41,633 bases of DNA from Kofleriaceae bacterium (GCA_018057825.1 JAGPCY010000020.1:1-41633), one strand, 5' to 3'. Positions 1-9,708 are shown, numbered from the stretch's first letter. Program-made: numbers and translations. Notes: generated by a model from the sequence alone, not told the origin.

Positions 1-63
1 CTTGAACTCTGGCTTGAAGGTTCGCCGCCGACGCGGCAGCTTGGAAGGAGACGAAGTGCTCAT
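1..63 (-). CDS. Possible 5'-partial hypothetical protein; only the N-terminal 21 codons (MSTSSPSKLPRRRRTFKPEFK...) fall in the window
   Basis: ATG at 63-61 on the minus strand with GAGG about 9 nt upstream; reading frame stays open to the window edge. Too short to assess. Confidence 0.15.
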   Translation of the reverse strand, partial: MSTSSPSKLPRRRRTFKPEFK

Positions 64-471
64 GGATGCCTCGCTCATCTTGACGGTGGTCGGATGGCGG
101 GTGTCCAGAAAATCGGGGCAGGCTCAGAGACCTGCGAGACATGTCGCGATGTTCACCCGAGCGGGGTGATTGCAAGACCGGTGGCGCTGTGGCGAAGCTA
201 GGATAGGTCGGAATCCGACGGATTCGCAGACCGGTCACTGTCACTGCGCTCAGGAGGTCGTTGTCATGGTCGTCCGCTCGACGCTGCCCGTGGTCCCGGT
301 GAGCCCCGCGAAGGGAACGCCAGCAGCGCCGTGTGGCGCTGCATCTGCGGCGACCCGTCGACGGTCGCGACCGGCGTGGGGCACGCCCAGGCGCGGCTCG
401 CGCCCGTAGCGAAGCACCCACGAGAGCGACGAACCCGAGACACATTCGCGGCAGGCGTACCAGGAGGCGAC

Positions 472-2778
472 ATGCGCGACTTCGACGATCCGAGGAAGCA
501 GGGGCACAACCCCGAAGCGGCAAGCGGCGGCAAACCCGGCGTCAAGACGCGCGTCGAGTCGCGCTACGGCGGGGTCCAGCGAGCCCGGGCCCCGTCCCCG
601 ACCTATGGGCACCTGTCCCTCGTCCCCGGTCCGGTGATGCCTGAGAACGTCTTCGACACCTTCGCGCTCCACCTCGACCCGGTGCAGCGGGTCGCCGAGG
701 CCACCGCCCTCGGCCTCACGGATCCGGCCGCCGTTCACGCCGCGGCGGCCCGCGGCACCTCCGGCCCCGCCACCACCCTGCCTCACGCCGACGCCATCCA
801 GCGCTCGTTCGGACCCGACCACGACGTCTCCGGCATCCAGGCCCACGTCGGCGGCGCCGCCGCCACCGCCGCGACCGCCATCGGCGCCCGGGCCTACGCC
901 ACCGGCAACCGCGTCGCCTTCGCCAGCGCCCCCGACCTCCACACCGCCGCCCACGAGGCCGCCCACATCGTGCAGCAGCGCGGCGGCGTCCAGCTCGCCG
1001 GCGGCGTCGGCCAGGCCGGCGATCCCTACGAACAACACGCCGACGCCGTCGCCGACGCCGTCGTCGCCGGCCGCTCGGCCGCCGAGCTGCTCACGGGCGG
1101 ACGCAGCGGCGGCGCCACCGATGCGGTCCAGCGCAAGCCAGAGCCTGAGGTCCCCAGCCGCGGACACGACGACCCGGGGAATCGCAACAACGCCTGCGCT
1201 GTCGATGGGGCGCACGCCCCCAACGCGATCGAAGGCATCCAGCTGTACCTTACGGTCGAGGACCGACTGAACGGCCTCGCAACGCGCACCCTCAACTACT
1301 CGGAGATGGGACCTGGCATCGCCGGCCCATACAAACTCTTTGCGCACACGAAGGACGACCTTATCGTCTACTATGTTGCTCACCACGTGGAGCGACAGCA
1401 AAACGAGTGGGTGATCGGTCCCGCCAGCGCGGCGCTGTTCGCGTCGACCGTCGAGCTGTACGCGGGCTCGGCCGCGCAGTTGCTCCCGGGGAGCGCCAGG
1501 GTACCGGGCAGCCAGGCCGATGGTGCCGACCAGGTCAACGACCCGGACTCCGTGGTCAAGCAAGAGGCCCTCGGTCGGGCTCCATGGCAGGTCGCCGCCG
1601 ACGGGCTCGCCGGGGCGTCAGATGCTGTCGGCGACCACACCAGCGGCGGTGGTCTCCTCAACTTCGCTCGGAATTCGCGAATTCGACTCGCAAACTACGT
1701 GCGGCCTGCACAGGAGCTCGCGGAGCAGCTCGCCGCCGATGTCGCCGCTGGAAGAGTCGACCATCTCGAAGCAAGAAGACAAGCGGTGGAGGGGCGCAAC
1801 GCGCTCCTGCTCGATACCAGGCGCCGACAGTCGCCAGCCGCCAGCTATGCGTCGAAGGCCCTAAAGGAGGATCGCGGAAAGTCTGAGTCTGAGATGACCA
1901 GAAAGAAGGTCATCGACAATCTCGAGGACTATCGCGCTTCTGAGGCGACGCGGGCCGTCCTCGACGCCGACTCAGAGCTTTGGGGCAGATACGCCGAGGC
2001 CATGAGCAACGGCGAGGACGTCCTCAAGGACGCGCTTCGCGACCTTGGCCAGAGCCCCGCTGTCTCGCGCTCCATCGTTCAGAGTGCGGGCAAGACGAAC
2101 AAGGCCTTCACGCGTATCGCGCGATGGGGCGGCCCGGTCGGTCTCGCGATCGGATCTCTCGGCGCCGCGGACATGGTCCAGGACATCCGGGACCAGATCG
2201 AAGCTGATAACTGGCACGCCGCCGCCCGCGAGCTGGCCGGATTCGCGGGCGGCGTTGTCGGCGGTGAGCTAGGGGCGATGGGTGCTGTGTGGATTGCGTC
2301 CGCCATCGTGCCAGGGAGTGCCGGCGTCGTGATCGTGGCCTCCATCATCGGTGGCGCTATTGGCGGCCACCTAGGCGCTTCGGGTGGTGAGCGTGCGACG
2401 GACCTCATCGCCAGTGGACTTGCGCCCGGGCTGGTGACCCCTCTGGTATCCGCCGGGGGCTTGGCAGGTGCACACGACAAGGATCGAGCGCGCACCATTG
2501 CGAACCAGATCAAGGACGTCATCTTCAAGGCCGATGGGGACCTTGCCAAGCTCGCTGCGACGATCCCTGCCGCCAGCAGCCGTCGTGAACTCGTGGCTCT
2601 GCAGCGAAAGCGGCTGGAGGTCCTAGCCCGTCGACAGCAGTTGGAGGACTTGCTGACGGCCCTCCGGCTCGGAGCGTTCGAGGGCCCGGACGACTGTGCC
2701 GCACCGCCACCCGCGCCCGCGGCGTCGCAGGCGTGCGACAACTCCGACAACGATTGCGACTCAGAGGTCGGCTGGTGA
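472..2778 (+). CDS. DUF4157 (zincin-like HExxH) domain protein with a long helical C-terminal region and a glycine-zipper hydrophobic segment; polymorphic-toxin-like
   Basis: AGGAGG 7 nt upstream of ATG 472. DUF4157 signature ...GIQAHVGG...[15 protein letters not shown]...[14 protein letters not shown]-terminal segment [47 protein letters not shown] resembles the hydrophobic hairpin of pore-forming toxins. High GC3 in frame. The stop overlaps the next start (GTGA). Confidence 0.7.
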   Translation: MRDFDDPRKQGHNPEAASGGKPGVKTRVESRYGGVQRARAPSPTYGHLSLVPGPVMPENVFDTFALHLDPVQRVAEATALGLTDPAAVHAAAARGTSGPATTLPHADAIQRSFGPDHDVSGIQAHVGGAAATAATAIGARAYATGNRVAFASAPDLHTAAHEAAHIVQQRGGVQLAGGVGQAGDPYEQHADAVADAVVAGRSAAELLTGGRSGGATDAVQRKPEPEVPSRGHDDPGNRNNACAVDGAHAPNAIEGIQLYLTVEDRLNGLATRTLNYSEMGPGIAGPYKLFAHTKDDLIVYYVAHHVERQQNEWVIGPASAALFASTVELYAGSAAQLLPGSARVPGSQADGADQVNDPDSVVKQEALGRAPWQVAADGLAGASDAVGDHTSGGGLLNFARNSRIRLANYVRPAQELAEQLAADVAAGRVDHLEARRQAVEGRNALLLDTRRRQSPAASYASKALKEDRGKSESEMTRKKVIDNLEDYRASEATRAVLDADSELWGRYAEAMSNGEDVLKDALRDLGQSPAVSRSIVQSAGKTNKAFTRIARWGGPVGLAIGSLGAADMVQDIRDQIEADNWHAAARELAGFAGGVVGGELGAMGAVWIASAIVPGSAGVVIVASIIGGAIGGHLGASGGERATDLIASGLAPGLVTPLVSAGGLAGAHDKDRARTIANQIKDVIFKADGDLAKLAATIPAASSRRELVALQRKRLEVLARRQQLEDLLTALRLGAFEGPDDCAAPPPAPAASQACDNSDNDCDSEVGW

Positions 2779-3236
2779 ACCTCCGCGTTCTCGCCCGCCG
2801 GACCCGCGACTCTGCCACGGTGTGGATCTGGGACTGGTTCGCATCGTTCATGCTTCTGGTGCTAGCCATCGTCGTCTTTGTGCTGCTCCGAGGCCAACAG
2901 CACCTTGGCTGGTGGATGCTGCCGGCTGCTGCAGCGTGCCTCGTCACCCGACGCCTTAGCGTCTCGCGAGAAGATCCCGTCACGGGCCAGGCTTGGACCT
3001 TCTGGTTCGTCATCCCCGTGCAGCGACAAAGCTTCGCCATCCGGGACTTGGTTGCGTCTCACTCCGACGACTGGGCTGCAGACGCACGCGATGCCCGCGA
3101 CGAACTACGCGCTGGCTCCTGGTCCTTGGTGTGCCGCGACGCCTCGTCCGTGGCGACGTGGCTTCGCGACCGCAGCGCGGAGCTGGCCACGCCTCGAGCA
3201 AGTGTCTCTTCGGCTCCCAAGTTGAAGGAGCCCTGA
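2775..3236 (+). CDS. Small integral membrane protein (2-3 TM helices); candidate immunity protein for the upstream toxin-like gene
   Basis: GTG 2775 overlaps the TGA of the upstream gene (GTGA coupling). TM segments [23 protein letters not shown] and [14 protein letters not shown]. Same frame as track ORF 2733..3236. Confidence 0.45.
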   Translation: MNLRVLARRTRDSATVWIWDWFASFMLLVLAIVVFVLLRGQQHLGWWMLPAAAACLVTRRLSVSREDPVTGQAWTFWFVIPVQRQSFAIRDLVASHSDDWAADARDARDELRAGSWSLVCRDASSVATWLRDRSAELATPRASVSSAPKLKEP

Positions 3237-3259
3237 CGAGTTGGCCGGTTGTTAGGTGG

Positions 3260-3661
3260 TTACACGATACTGCGACAACAGTGCGGTCCCACGCGGCTCC
3301 GTGCTCCTCGGCTCGCTCCGGCAGGCTGGGGCAACACACAGCGAAATCCGCCCGGCATGTCGAGGAACACATGATCGCGGTTGCTGATGGTCTTGGCATC
3401 GAGCCATCCGCCGCGCCGCACGCCGCACCGCCGGCCGTCGCAGCGTTGGCCGTCGGCGAGCGGGACCTCGGGATCGACGCAGACGCCGCTGCTGCAGGCC
3501 GGGGCGCGCGTGAAGCCATCGAGCACCCACTCGTACTCGTTCCCGCCCATGTCCATCGCGCCCACCGGGGAGCGATCGCCGGGATAGCTCCCGCGGCCTT
3601 CCCGCGCTGCGGTTACTCGACCGGCCGCTGGGTTGTCCGGTGGAGGTTTACCTCGACCCGT
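3260..3661 (-). pseudogene. Truncated C-terminal fragment (about 85 aa) of an FGE-sulfatase (SUMF1/DUF323) domain; no N-terminal half and no start codon
   Basis: Translation ...GSYPGDRSPVGAMDMGGNEYEWVLDGF...RRGGWLDAKTISNRDHVFLDMPGGFRCV matches the conserved C-terminal FGE-domain motifs (DMxGNVWEW, RGGSW, GFRCV). Upstream in frame the similarity stops and a stop codon lies at 3716-3718. No other minus-strand frame continues the domain. Confidence 0.4.
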
Positions 3662-4521
3662 CGCTGGCCGAGTCGGTCTGCCCGCTCGCAGCGTCGACCG
3701 ACGCGGCCGGCAAGATCACGTTCATCATCCCGACGACGGATCTGCGCAGCGGGTTCGACGTCACGAGCGTGAGCGACGAGAACGGCGTCCCTGGGTTCGG
3801 GCCAATTCGAGCGAAGGACCTCGCCGCACTCCAGCGAACGATCGTCGATGCTGTCAAGCAGAGCGCCTCCACGTCGGCCTTGGTGATGGTGCCGGAGTTC
3901 GCGACCGCGCCGGAGGTCGACGACGAACTCGACCTCATGCACAACAAGACTGGGATCGGGAAGATCGAGGTGCTGGTGGGCGGCTCGGCGTGGCGGGCCC
4001 CGGAGGGCGGGGCGACCCTTGGAAGAAACCGGGCGACGACCTGGCCCCGCGGCCGGGGCGCCCACCACCACGACAAGTACTCGTGGTTCAGCTCCAAGGA
4101 GGGGCAGGAGAACATCCAGCGTGGCTTCCCCCGCATCACGATCCTGGCGGGACCGCGGACCTCCTACACCGTGCTTATCTGCCGCGACTCCCTCGAGCCT
4201 CATGTGCCCGAATTGCTACAGGATTTGCGACTGAGGCTCGTGCTAATTCCGTCGTGCAACCCCGACGTGGGTCCATATAAGGGACGAGCGGTCTCGCTGG
4301 CGGAGCTTGGAGGAGCCACCGTCATCGTCGCCAACTTGCCACCCAACCCGGCGCCATTGTTGGAGTATGGCCTGGTGGTTCGGCCCGCGCGTCCCATGCA
4401 AGAGGGGCGCAGCGCTCAGCCAGAGACCCTCGTTATTTCGGGTCTCTACGCGCCGCGGTTCCAGGTTGACGTCCGCCAGCCTGAAGCGTTCTCGATTGAC
4501 AGAACTGTTCGGCGATCGTAG
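3640..4521 (+). CDS. Carbon-nitrogen hydrolase (nitrilase superfamily)-like protein, divergent
   Basis: Putative catalytic triad contexts LVMVPEF (Glu), HHHDKYSWF (Lys), TVLICRDSLEP (Cys). GC3 is high for the first roughly 200 codons, then base composition becomes AT-richer and codon usage atypical towards the 3' end. Confidence 0.45.
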   Translation: MEVYLDPSLAESVCPLAASTDAAGKITFIIPTTDLRSGFDVTSVSDENGVPGFGPIRAKDLAALQRTIVDAVKQSASTSALVMVPEFATAPEVDDELDLMHNKTGIGKIEVLVGGSAWRAPEGGATLGRNRATTWPRGRGAHHHDKYSWFSSKEGQENIQRGFPRITILAGPRTSYTVLICRDSLEPHVPELLQDLRLRLVLIPSCNPDVGPYKGRAVSLAELGGATVIVANLPPNPAPLLEYGLVVRPARPMQEGRSAQPETLVISGLYAPRFQVDVRQPEAFSIDRTVRRS

Positions 4522-4530
4522 AACAGTCAT

Positions 4531-4863
4531 ATGAAGTCTCCAGCCAACGCCGTGCTGACCCGTCAGGTTGGCGAAGTGGCGGGAGAAGCTGACCAGGGGC
4601 TGGCCGGCAAGCTCGCTTGTCTCGCCGACGCCAAACCCGGCAACGACGCGGAGCGATGTGCGCGCGAGGTGTTGACGTGGCTGATGACGGGCGTGGAGCT
4701 AGCAAAGGCTGCGCGAGCGCAGAGCCCAACGCTTCACGGGAGCGGCGACGCGGCCGAGCCCGAGGCCGAAGCCCCCCATGTCCAGCGCAGGGAGCAACCT
4801 CATCCCGCACGACGCAGACATGGCCCGGTCGTTTCCGTGCAACTCGATCTCTGCATTCGCTGA
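4531..4863 (+). CDS. Hypothetical small protein (110 aa)
   Basis: ATG-initiated ORF filling the gap between flanking genes; mixed codon usage, no recognisable motif. Confidence 0.2.
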   Translation: MKSPANAVLTRQVGEVAGEADQGLAGKLACLADAKPGNDAERCAREVLTWLMTGVELAKAARAQSPTLHGSGDAAEPEAEAPHVQRREQPHPARRRHGPVVSVQLDLCIR

Positions 4864-4901
4864 CATCTCGGCGCTCGATCACTCTAGGCGGAGGGTCTCC
4901 A

Positions 4902-5621
4902 ATGCCTGCCATCGACTTTGTCTTGAAGCGTCTTTCGCTGACCTCGACTCGCGACGAGCTGCGCACCGTCGCGTATGCGCTTGGGGAGTGGCTGGTCGCG
5001 CGCGACGAGTCTGCCTTGAGCGCGAGCTACGATCGCTTGCGGGAGCTGCGCGGCGCCGCGCCGGCTGATTCGGCGTCGCGCGCGAGCTTCGATGTGCTGA
5101 CCAACCTGCTCGAAGGATACTTCGCCTCGGCCGAGAGCGTCCGCCGCGTCGAGCGCATGCAGCGCGAGGTGGAGGCCGAGCCGATCTGGCGAGCCGTGAT
5201 GCAGTGTCTCGCGAGCGAGCCGGCAAACCAGGACCTGTTGTGCCAGCGAGTTGGTCGCGCAAAGTCGACCGTGTCGGTCGTCTGCGAGGATCTTCGACAG
5301 CGTGAGCTGATCGAGCTCGTGCCGAACGCGAGCCGGCGCGAGAACGTCCATGCGCTGACGCGCCTGGGCAAGCAGGTGCTCGCGAGCCTGCCAGCCGAGG
5401 CCCCCAGCGCCGCCGCGTCGTCTGTCGCGACCGCCCAGCCGACCGTCGCGGCCCCGGCCGCGACCAGTGTGCGTCCGGCGAAGGCGACCGGTCCTCGGGC
5501 GCGGCCAGAGCGCGCGTCCGGAACGACGGCATCGACGTCGCGGAAGACGTCGTCGTCGAGTGATCTCGCCCGGCTGACGAGGGGCGGCCACCGGGGGCGG
5601 CGACCGCGGCACCCGTGGTAG
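4902..5621 (+). CDS. Winged-helix (MarR/ArsR-like) DNA-binding protein with an Ala/Ser/Thr-rich tail
   Basis: GGAGGG 6 nt upstream of ATG 4902. wHTH-like segment STVSVVCEDLRQRELIELVPNASRRENVHALTRLGKQVL. Ends 12 nt before the McrB-like gene. Confidence 0.55.
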   Translation: MPAIDFVLKRLSLTSTRDELRTVAYALGEWLVARDESALSASYDRLRELRGAAPADSASRASFDVLTNLLEGYFASAESVRRVERMQREVEAEPIWRAVMQCLASEPANQDLLCQRVGRAKSTVSVVCEDLRQRELIELVPNASRRENVHALTRLGKQVLASLPAEAPSAAASSVATAQPTVAAPAATSVRPAKATGPRARPERASGTTASTSRKTSSSSDLARLTRGGHRGRRPRHPW

Positions 5622-5632
5622 CGTTTCCGCCG

Positions 5633-8533
5633 ATGAACATGACCTTCGCGGACGCAGCGGAGCTGGTGTTGCGGGAGGCGGGGGAGGCGCTGATGGTGGC
5701 GGAGCTGTGGCGGCGGATCGAGGCGCGGGGGCTGGTGGAGACGGCGGGGGCGACGCCGGAGCAGACGCTGCGGGTGATGCTGTTGCGGCAGGCGGCGGGG
5801 TCGTCGCTGGCGGCGGGGAAGGGGACGCCGCGCTTCTATCGGCGGGGCGACGGCGCGTACGGGTTGTGGGCGGAGCTGGCGCCGGCGCAGCAGCAGGCGA
5901 TGGCGGAGGACGCGAGCGTGGCGGCGAAGCGCGTCCGGGTGCGCGACTTTGCGGCGGACCGCGAGGGGATGCGCGCAGACCCGACGGTGGCGGAGCGCAC
6001 GCTGGGGTGGCTGATCCCGGCGGATGGTCCACGGCGGGTGGTGGCGGAGCTCCTGGCCGTCGCGATCGAGGACGCCCACGCCGCCGGGGCCCACCGCTGG
6101 AAGCTGACGCTGGGACCGCGGTCCCTGCGCGTGACGGTGGGGCGTTGTCTGGTCTTGTGGATCGAGCGGCGGGTGTGGTTCCCGGTCCGGCTGGCGTCCT
6201 TGATGGCCGAGGATCGCGCGCTCATCGAGGGCCTCGGCGTCCAGGACACCGAGACCGGTCCGTTTCGCTCGATCGCGCCGGTCGAGTTCTTCACGATCGC
6301 GCCCGAGCTGGTGAGTGAGGCCGCAGAGGCGATCCGCCGCGCGATCGCGCCGATCATCACCGAGGCGGCGGTGGGGACGGCCGATGTCCATGGCGCGAAG
6401 TTCCACTCGCCGGGAGCGCTCACGTTTCTGTCCCAGGTGGTCGGGCGCGCGCTGCCGACGCCAGCCTACGGCGGGCACACCGAGGACGAGGCGCCGGAGG
6501 ACGACCCGGACGGCGACGCGCCGTCGCTGGCGGAGCTGGTGACCGAGTACATCGAGACCTTCGCGACCTTGCCGACGACCCAGGCCTACCTGGCGACCTA
6601 CGCGGCCGAGCGCGCCGCGGCCCGCGCCAACCTCGCGCGCATCGATGAGCTGCAGTCGCGAGGACAGGACGCGACTGACGCGATCCTCCTGGGCCTCCTG
6701 CCGCACACCGACTCGGCCAAGCATCGTCAGGTCGGCGCGTGGGTATCCCACGCCCCGGCGATCCAGGGCGACCTGAAGCTGTGGTTCGAGAACGCGAAGT
6801 GGGTGACGCCCGAGACTTGGCCCCAGGTCGCGGCCGAGCTGCTGGCGTTCGTGCGCGCGTGCCTGGCCAAGCCCCACGATGTGCGCGACGCGATCGCGCG
6901 GTTCACCGCGAGCCCGTGGTCCAAGGGCCTCGGGGTCGGCATGCTGACGCCGATCTTGAACGCGCTGGCGCCCGAGGACTTCCCGCTGGTGAACGCCAAG
7001 GTCGCGCGGGTGGTCGGCTACTTCAGCGGGGTCGAGGTCGAGGCGAGCTTCGCCGGGTACCCGACCGCGGTGCGGCTGTGGCGGACGCTGGTCGACGCGC
7101 AGGCTGGGCTGGGCGATCCGCGCCTCGGGGTCAGCCCGGGGGACGCCTTCGATCACTTCTGCCACTGGCTGGTGGCGGTCAAGCGCTTCGGGTTCGTCGG
7201 CGGTGTGGTGGCCGGCGTCGGCTACTGGAAGATCTCGCCGGGGCCGGGCGCCGAGCGCTGGGACGACTGGCGGACCCGGGGCGTCGCGGCGATCGGCGGC
7301 GAGCTGCTCGGCGACCTGACGCTGGTCGACGATGACGAGTTCGCGGCGCGGGTGGCGGACGCCGCGGCCCAGGACCCGAGCTACAAGATGAACGGGGCCC
7401 GGCAGTCGCTGCATCTGGCGCGGATGGCGATTGGGACGCTGCTGATCGCCAACCGCGGCAAGAATGAGGTGCTGGGGCTGGGCCGGGTCACCGGGCCGTA
7501 TCGCTTCGTCGAAGGGGTCGAGTACTGCCACGAGGTGCCGGTCGAGTGGTTCGACACGACCCCGCGCGCGGTCGAGCGCCCGGGCTGGGCGCGGACCCTG
7601 GTGCAGCTCGACAAGACGACGTACGACGACATCGCGGCCTTGCCGCCCCTCGAGCCCGCGATGGGCCCTGGGCCTGAGCCGCTCCCGGTGCCGCGCTTCG
7701 ATCGCGGACACTTCTTGGCGCAGACCGGCTTCACCGAGGCCACGGCCGACCGATGGTTCCGCATCCTGCAAGAGCGCAAGCAGCTCGTCATCCAGGGGCC
7801 GCCCGGAACCGGCAAGACCTGGGTCGCCGAGCGCCTGGCGCGCTGGTTGGTCGGCGGCGACGAGGCCCGCATCCACCTGGTGCAGTTCCACCCGGCGTAC
7901 AGCTACGAGGACTTCATCGAGGGCATCCGGCCGGTGTCGCGCGGCGCGGCGCTCAGCTACGAGCGCGTTCCGGGCTACCTCATGCAGCTCTGTCAGGTGA
8001 TGCCGCGACAGGGGCCGGTGGTCCTCATCATCGACGAGATCAACCGCGCCAACCTGCCGCGGGTGTTCGGTGAGCTGATGTACCTCCTCGAGTATCGCGA
8101 TCGGACCGTGCGGCTCGCCGGCGGTGGCGAGCTGGGCCTCCCGCTCAATCTCCATCTGATCGGGACGATGAACACCGCGGACCGATCGATCGCGCGGCTC
8201 GATCACGCCTTGCGCCGCCGCTTTGCGTTCCTCCGACTGCCGCCGGACTTCGAGGTCCTGCGCCGGTTCGCCGCGACGCACTGGTCGGAGCCGGTGGACG
8301 CGCTGATCGGGGTGCTCGAGGCGATCAACCGCGACATCGACAACCCCGACGGCCACCTCGGCATCTCCTACTTCATGAAGGAGGATCTGGCCGACCGCCT
8401 CGAGGACATCTGGCGCTGCGAGATCGAGCCGTACCTCGAGGAGCTGTTCTTCGACGACCGCGCGACGGCGGCCAAGTACACCTGGGACAAGCTGGCGGGC
8501 GGAGCGCTGGCGGGCTGGGTCGACGAGGCGTGA
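5633..8533 (+). CDS. mcrB: McrB-family AAA+ GTPase with a roughly 700-aa N-terminal extension that begins with a HARE-HTH domain
   Basis: McrB motifs: GPPGTGKTW (Walker A), FHPAYSYEDFIEG, LIIDEINRANLPRVFGEL (Walker B), IGTMNTADRS (NxxD GTP specificity), ALRRRFAF. N-terminus MTFADAAELVLREAGEALMVAELWRRIEARGL...TPEQTLRVML matches the HARE-HTH pattern. High GC3. Track ORF starts at GTG 5615; ATG 5633 chosen. Confidence 0.85.
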   Translation: MNMTFADAAELVLREAGEALMVAELWRRIEARGLVETAGATPEQTLRVMLLRQAAGSSLAAGKGTPRFYRRGDGAYGLWAELAPAQQQAMAEDASVAAKRVRVRDFAADREGMRADPTVAERTLGWLIPADGPRRVVAELLAVAIEDAHAAGAHRWKLTLGPRSLRVTVGRCLVLWIERRVWFPVRLASLMAEDRALIEGLGVQDTETGPFRSIAPVEFFTIAPELVSEAAEAIRRAIAPIITEAAVGTADVHGAKFHSPGALTFLSQVVGRALPTPAYGGHTEDEAPEDDPDGDAPSLAELVTEYIETFATLPTTQAYLATYAAERAAARANLARIDELQSRGQDATDAILLGLLPHTDSAKHRQVGAWVSHAPAIQGDLKLWFENAKWVTPETWPQVAAELLAFVRACLAKPHDVRDAIARFTASPWSKGLGVGMLTPILNALAPEDFPLVNAKVARVVGYFSGVEVEASFAGYPTAVRLWRTLVDAQAGLGDPRLGVSPGDAFDHFCHWLVAVKRFGFVGGVVAGVGYWKISPGPGAERWDDWRTRGVAAIGGELLGDLTLVDDDEFAARVADAAAQDPSYKMNGARQSLHLARMAIGTLLIANRGKNEVLGLGRVTGPYRFVEGVEYCHEVPVEWFDTTPRAVERPGWARTLVQLDKTTYDDIAALPPLEPAMGPGPEPLPVPRFDRGHFLAQTGFTEATADRWFRILQERKQLVIQGPPGTGKTWVAERLARWLVGGDEARIHLVQFHPAYSYEDFIEGIRPVSRGAALSYERVPGYLMQLCQVMPRQGPVVLIIDEINRANLPRVFGELMYLLEYRDRTVRLAGGGELGLPLNLHLIGTMNTADRSIARLDHALRRRFAFLRLPPDFEVLRRFAATHWSEPVDALIGVLEAINRDIDNPDGHLGISYFMKEDLADRLEDIWRCEIEPYLEELFFDDRATAAKYTWDKLAGGALAGWVDEA

Positions 8534-9708
8534 CGGTCCTCGACCTGACCGAGTGGAGCTGGGCGCCGCTCGGCGACGACGGCGCGGCGATCGCTGCGGC
8601 GGTCCGCGCGAGTCAGGTGCGGGGCCTCGAGGTCGCACCGCCGGACCCGTTGGCCGGCGAGCCGTGGCGACTGCGGTCGACTGGCCTGGTGGGCTACCTG
8701 CCCCTCGGCGCGGGGCTGCCGGCGCTTCGGATCGCGCCGAAGGTTCCGATCGCCAGCCTGGTGATGCTGCTCGAGCGGGCCTACGATCTCGGCAGCCTGC
8801 GGTGGCAACCGGGCGTCACGGCCGCGGCCACGATCGAGGGCCTGTACGACGTGCTGCTCGGACGGTTGTGTGAGCTGGTCGGGGCGCGGCTTCGCCGTGG
8901 GCTGTATCGCGCCTACGTCGAGACCCAGGACGAGCTGGTGATGCTGCGCGGAAGGCTCGCGGTCCCCGAGACGCTCGGTCGAGCGGCGCGCGGCAGCGTC
9001 CGGCTGGTGTGCGACTTCGAGGAGCTGACCGAGGATCTCGACGACAACCGCCTGATCCTGTGGACCCTCGAGCGCGCGCGGCGGGTCGGCCTCGGGCGAC
9101 CGTCCACCCGCGCCGCGGTCCGCGCGCACCATCGGTCGCTGTCCGGGGCGGTGACCCTGACGTCCTTCGCGGGCGCGGCGTGCGAGGGCCGCGCGTACCA
9201 CCGCCTGAACGCCGACTACCGGCCCATCCACGCGCTGTGTCGGGCGGTGCTCGATGCCTGCGGCGAGGCGGCCGCCGGTGGCCCGGCCGACGCGGTGCCG
9301 TTCACCGTCGACATGCCGCGGCTGTTCGAGCGCTTCGCGGCGCGCTGGCTGGCCGCCGAGCTGGCGCCGTGGCGCGTCGAGGCCCAGCATCCGTTCTCCC
9401 TCGATGCCGATCTCTCGTACTCCATCGATGTCGTGGTGCGCGACCCAAACACCCGTCGCGCCGTCGCGGTCCTCGACACCAAGTACAAGGACGCCGTGCG
9501 CCCGGCGCCGGCCGATGTGCAGCAGGTCGTGTTCTACGCCACCGTGCTCGGCTGCACCGACGCCTGGCTCTGGTACCCGCGCGCGGTCCCTCATCGCACG
9601 GTCACCGCGGGCGGCGTGCGGGTCCACACCTGCGGGCTCGATCTGGCGCGACCGGCGACCTGGCCGGCGGTGATCCCGGCGCTCGCGCGGACGCTGGCGG
9701 CGGCGTGA
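8530..9708 (+). CDS. mcrC: McrC-like PD-(D/E)xK nuclease subunit
   Basis: GTG 8530 overlaps the McrB stop (GTGA). C-terminal SIDVVVRD...AVLDTKYK matches the McrC (I/V)xDxKYK nuclease motif. Confidence 0.75.
   Translation: MTVLDLTEWSWAPLGDDGAAIAAAVRASQVRGLEVAPPDPLAGEPWRLRSTGLVGYLPLGAGLPALRIAPKVPIASLVMLLERAYDLGSLRWQPGVTAAATIEGLYDVLLGRLCELVGARLRRGLYRAYVETQDELVMLRGRLAVPETLGRAARGSVRLVCDFEELTEDLDDNRLILWTLERARRVGLGRPSTRAAVRAHHRSLSGAVTLTSFAGAACEGRAYHRLNADYRPIHALCRAVLDACGEAAAGGPADAVPFTVDMPRLFERFAARWLAAELAPWRVEAQHPFSLDADLSYSIDVVVRDPNTRRAVAVLDTKYKDAVRPAPADVQQVVFYATVLGCTDAWLWYPRAVPHRTVTAGGVRVHTCGLDLARPATWPAVIPALARTLAAA

Noticed and set aside
55-169. 38-codon plus-strand ORF with AAGGAG 5 nt upstream of GTG 55
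   Set aside because: Good SD but tiny, with no support from composition or motifs. Overlaps the possible minus-strand partial gene start; cannot be distinguished without expression data.
195-230. Short inverted repeat (GAATCC-gac-GGATTC) resembling a T-arm; considered as a tRNA or terminator
   Set aside because: No acceptor/D/anticodon arms around it and no U-tract. Only a 6-bp stem.
250-1563. 437-aa minus-strand ORF overlapping the first DUF4157 gene
   Set aside because: Arg/Gly/Pro/Val-rich composition typical of antisense translation of high-GC coding DNA. The plus-strand frame has a recognisable DUF4157 domain, an RBS and GC3 skew.
5027-8638. 1203-aa minus-strand ORF (and ORFs 4884..6032, 4879..5640, 5707..6318)
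   Set aside because: Antisense to the McrB-like gene. Extreme Arg/Pro content, no motifs. The plus-strand frame carries unambiguous McrB GTPase motifs.
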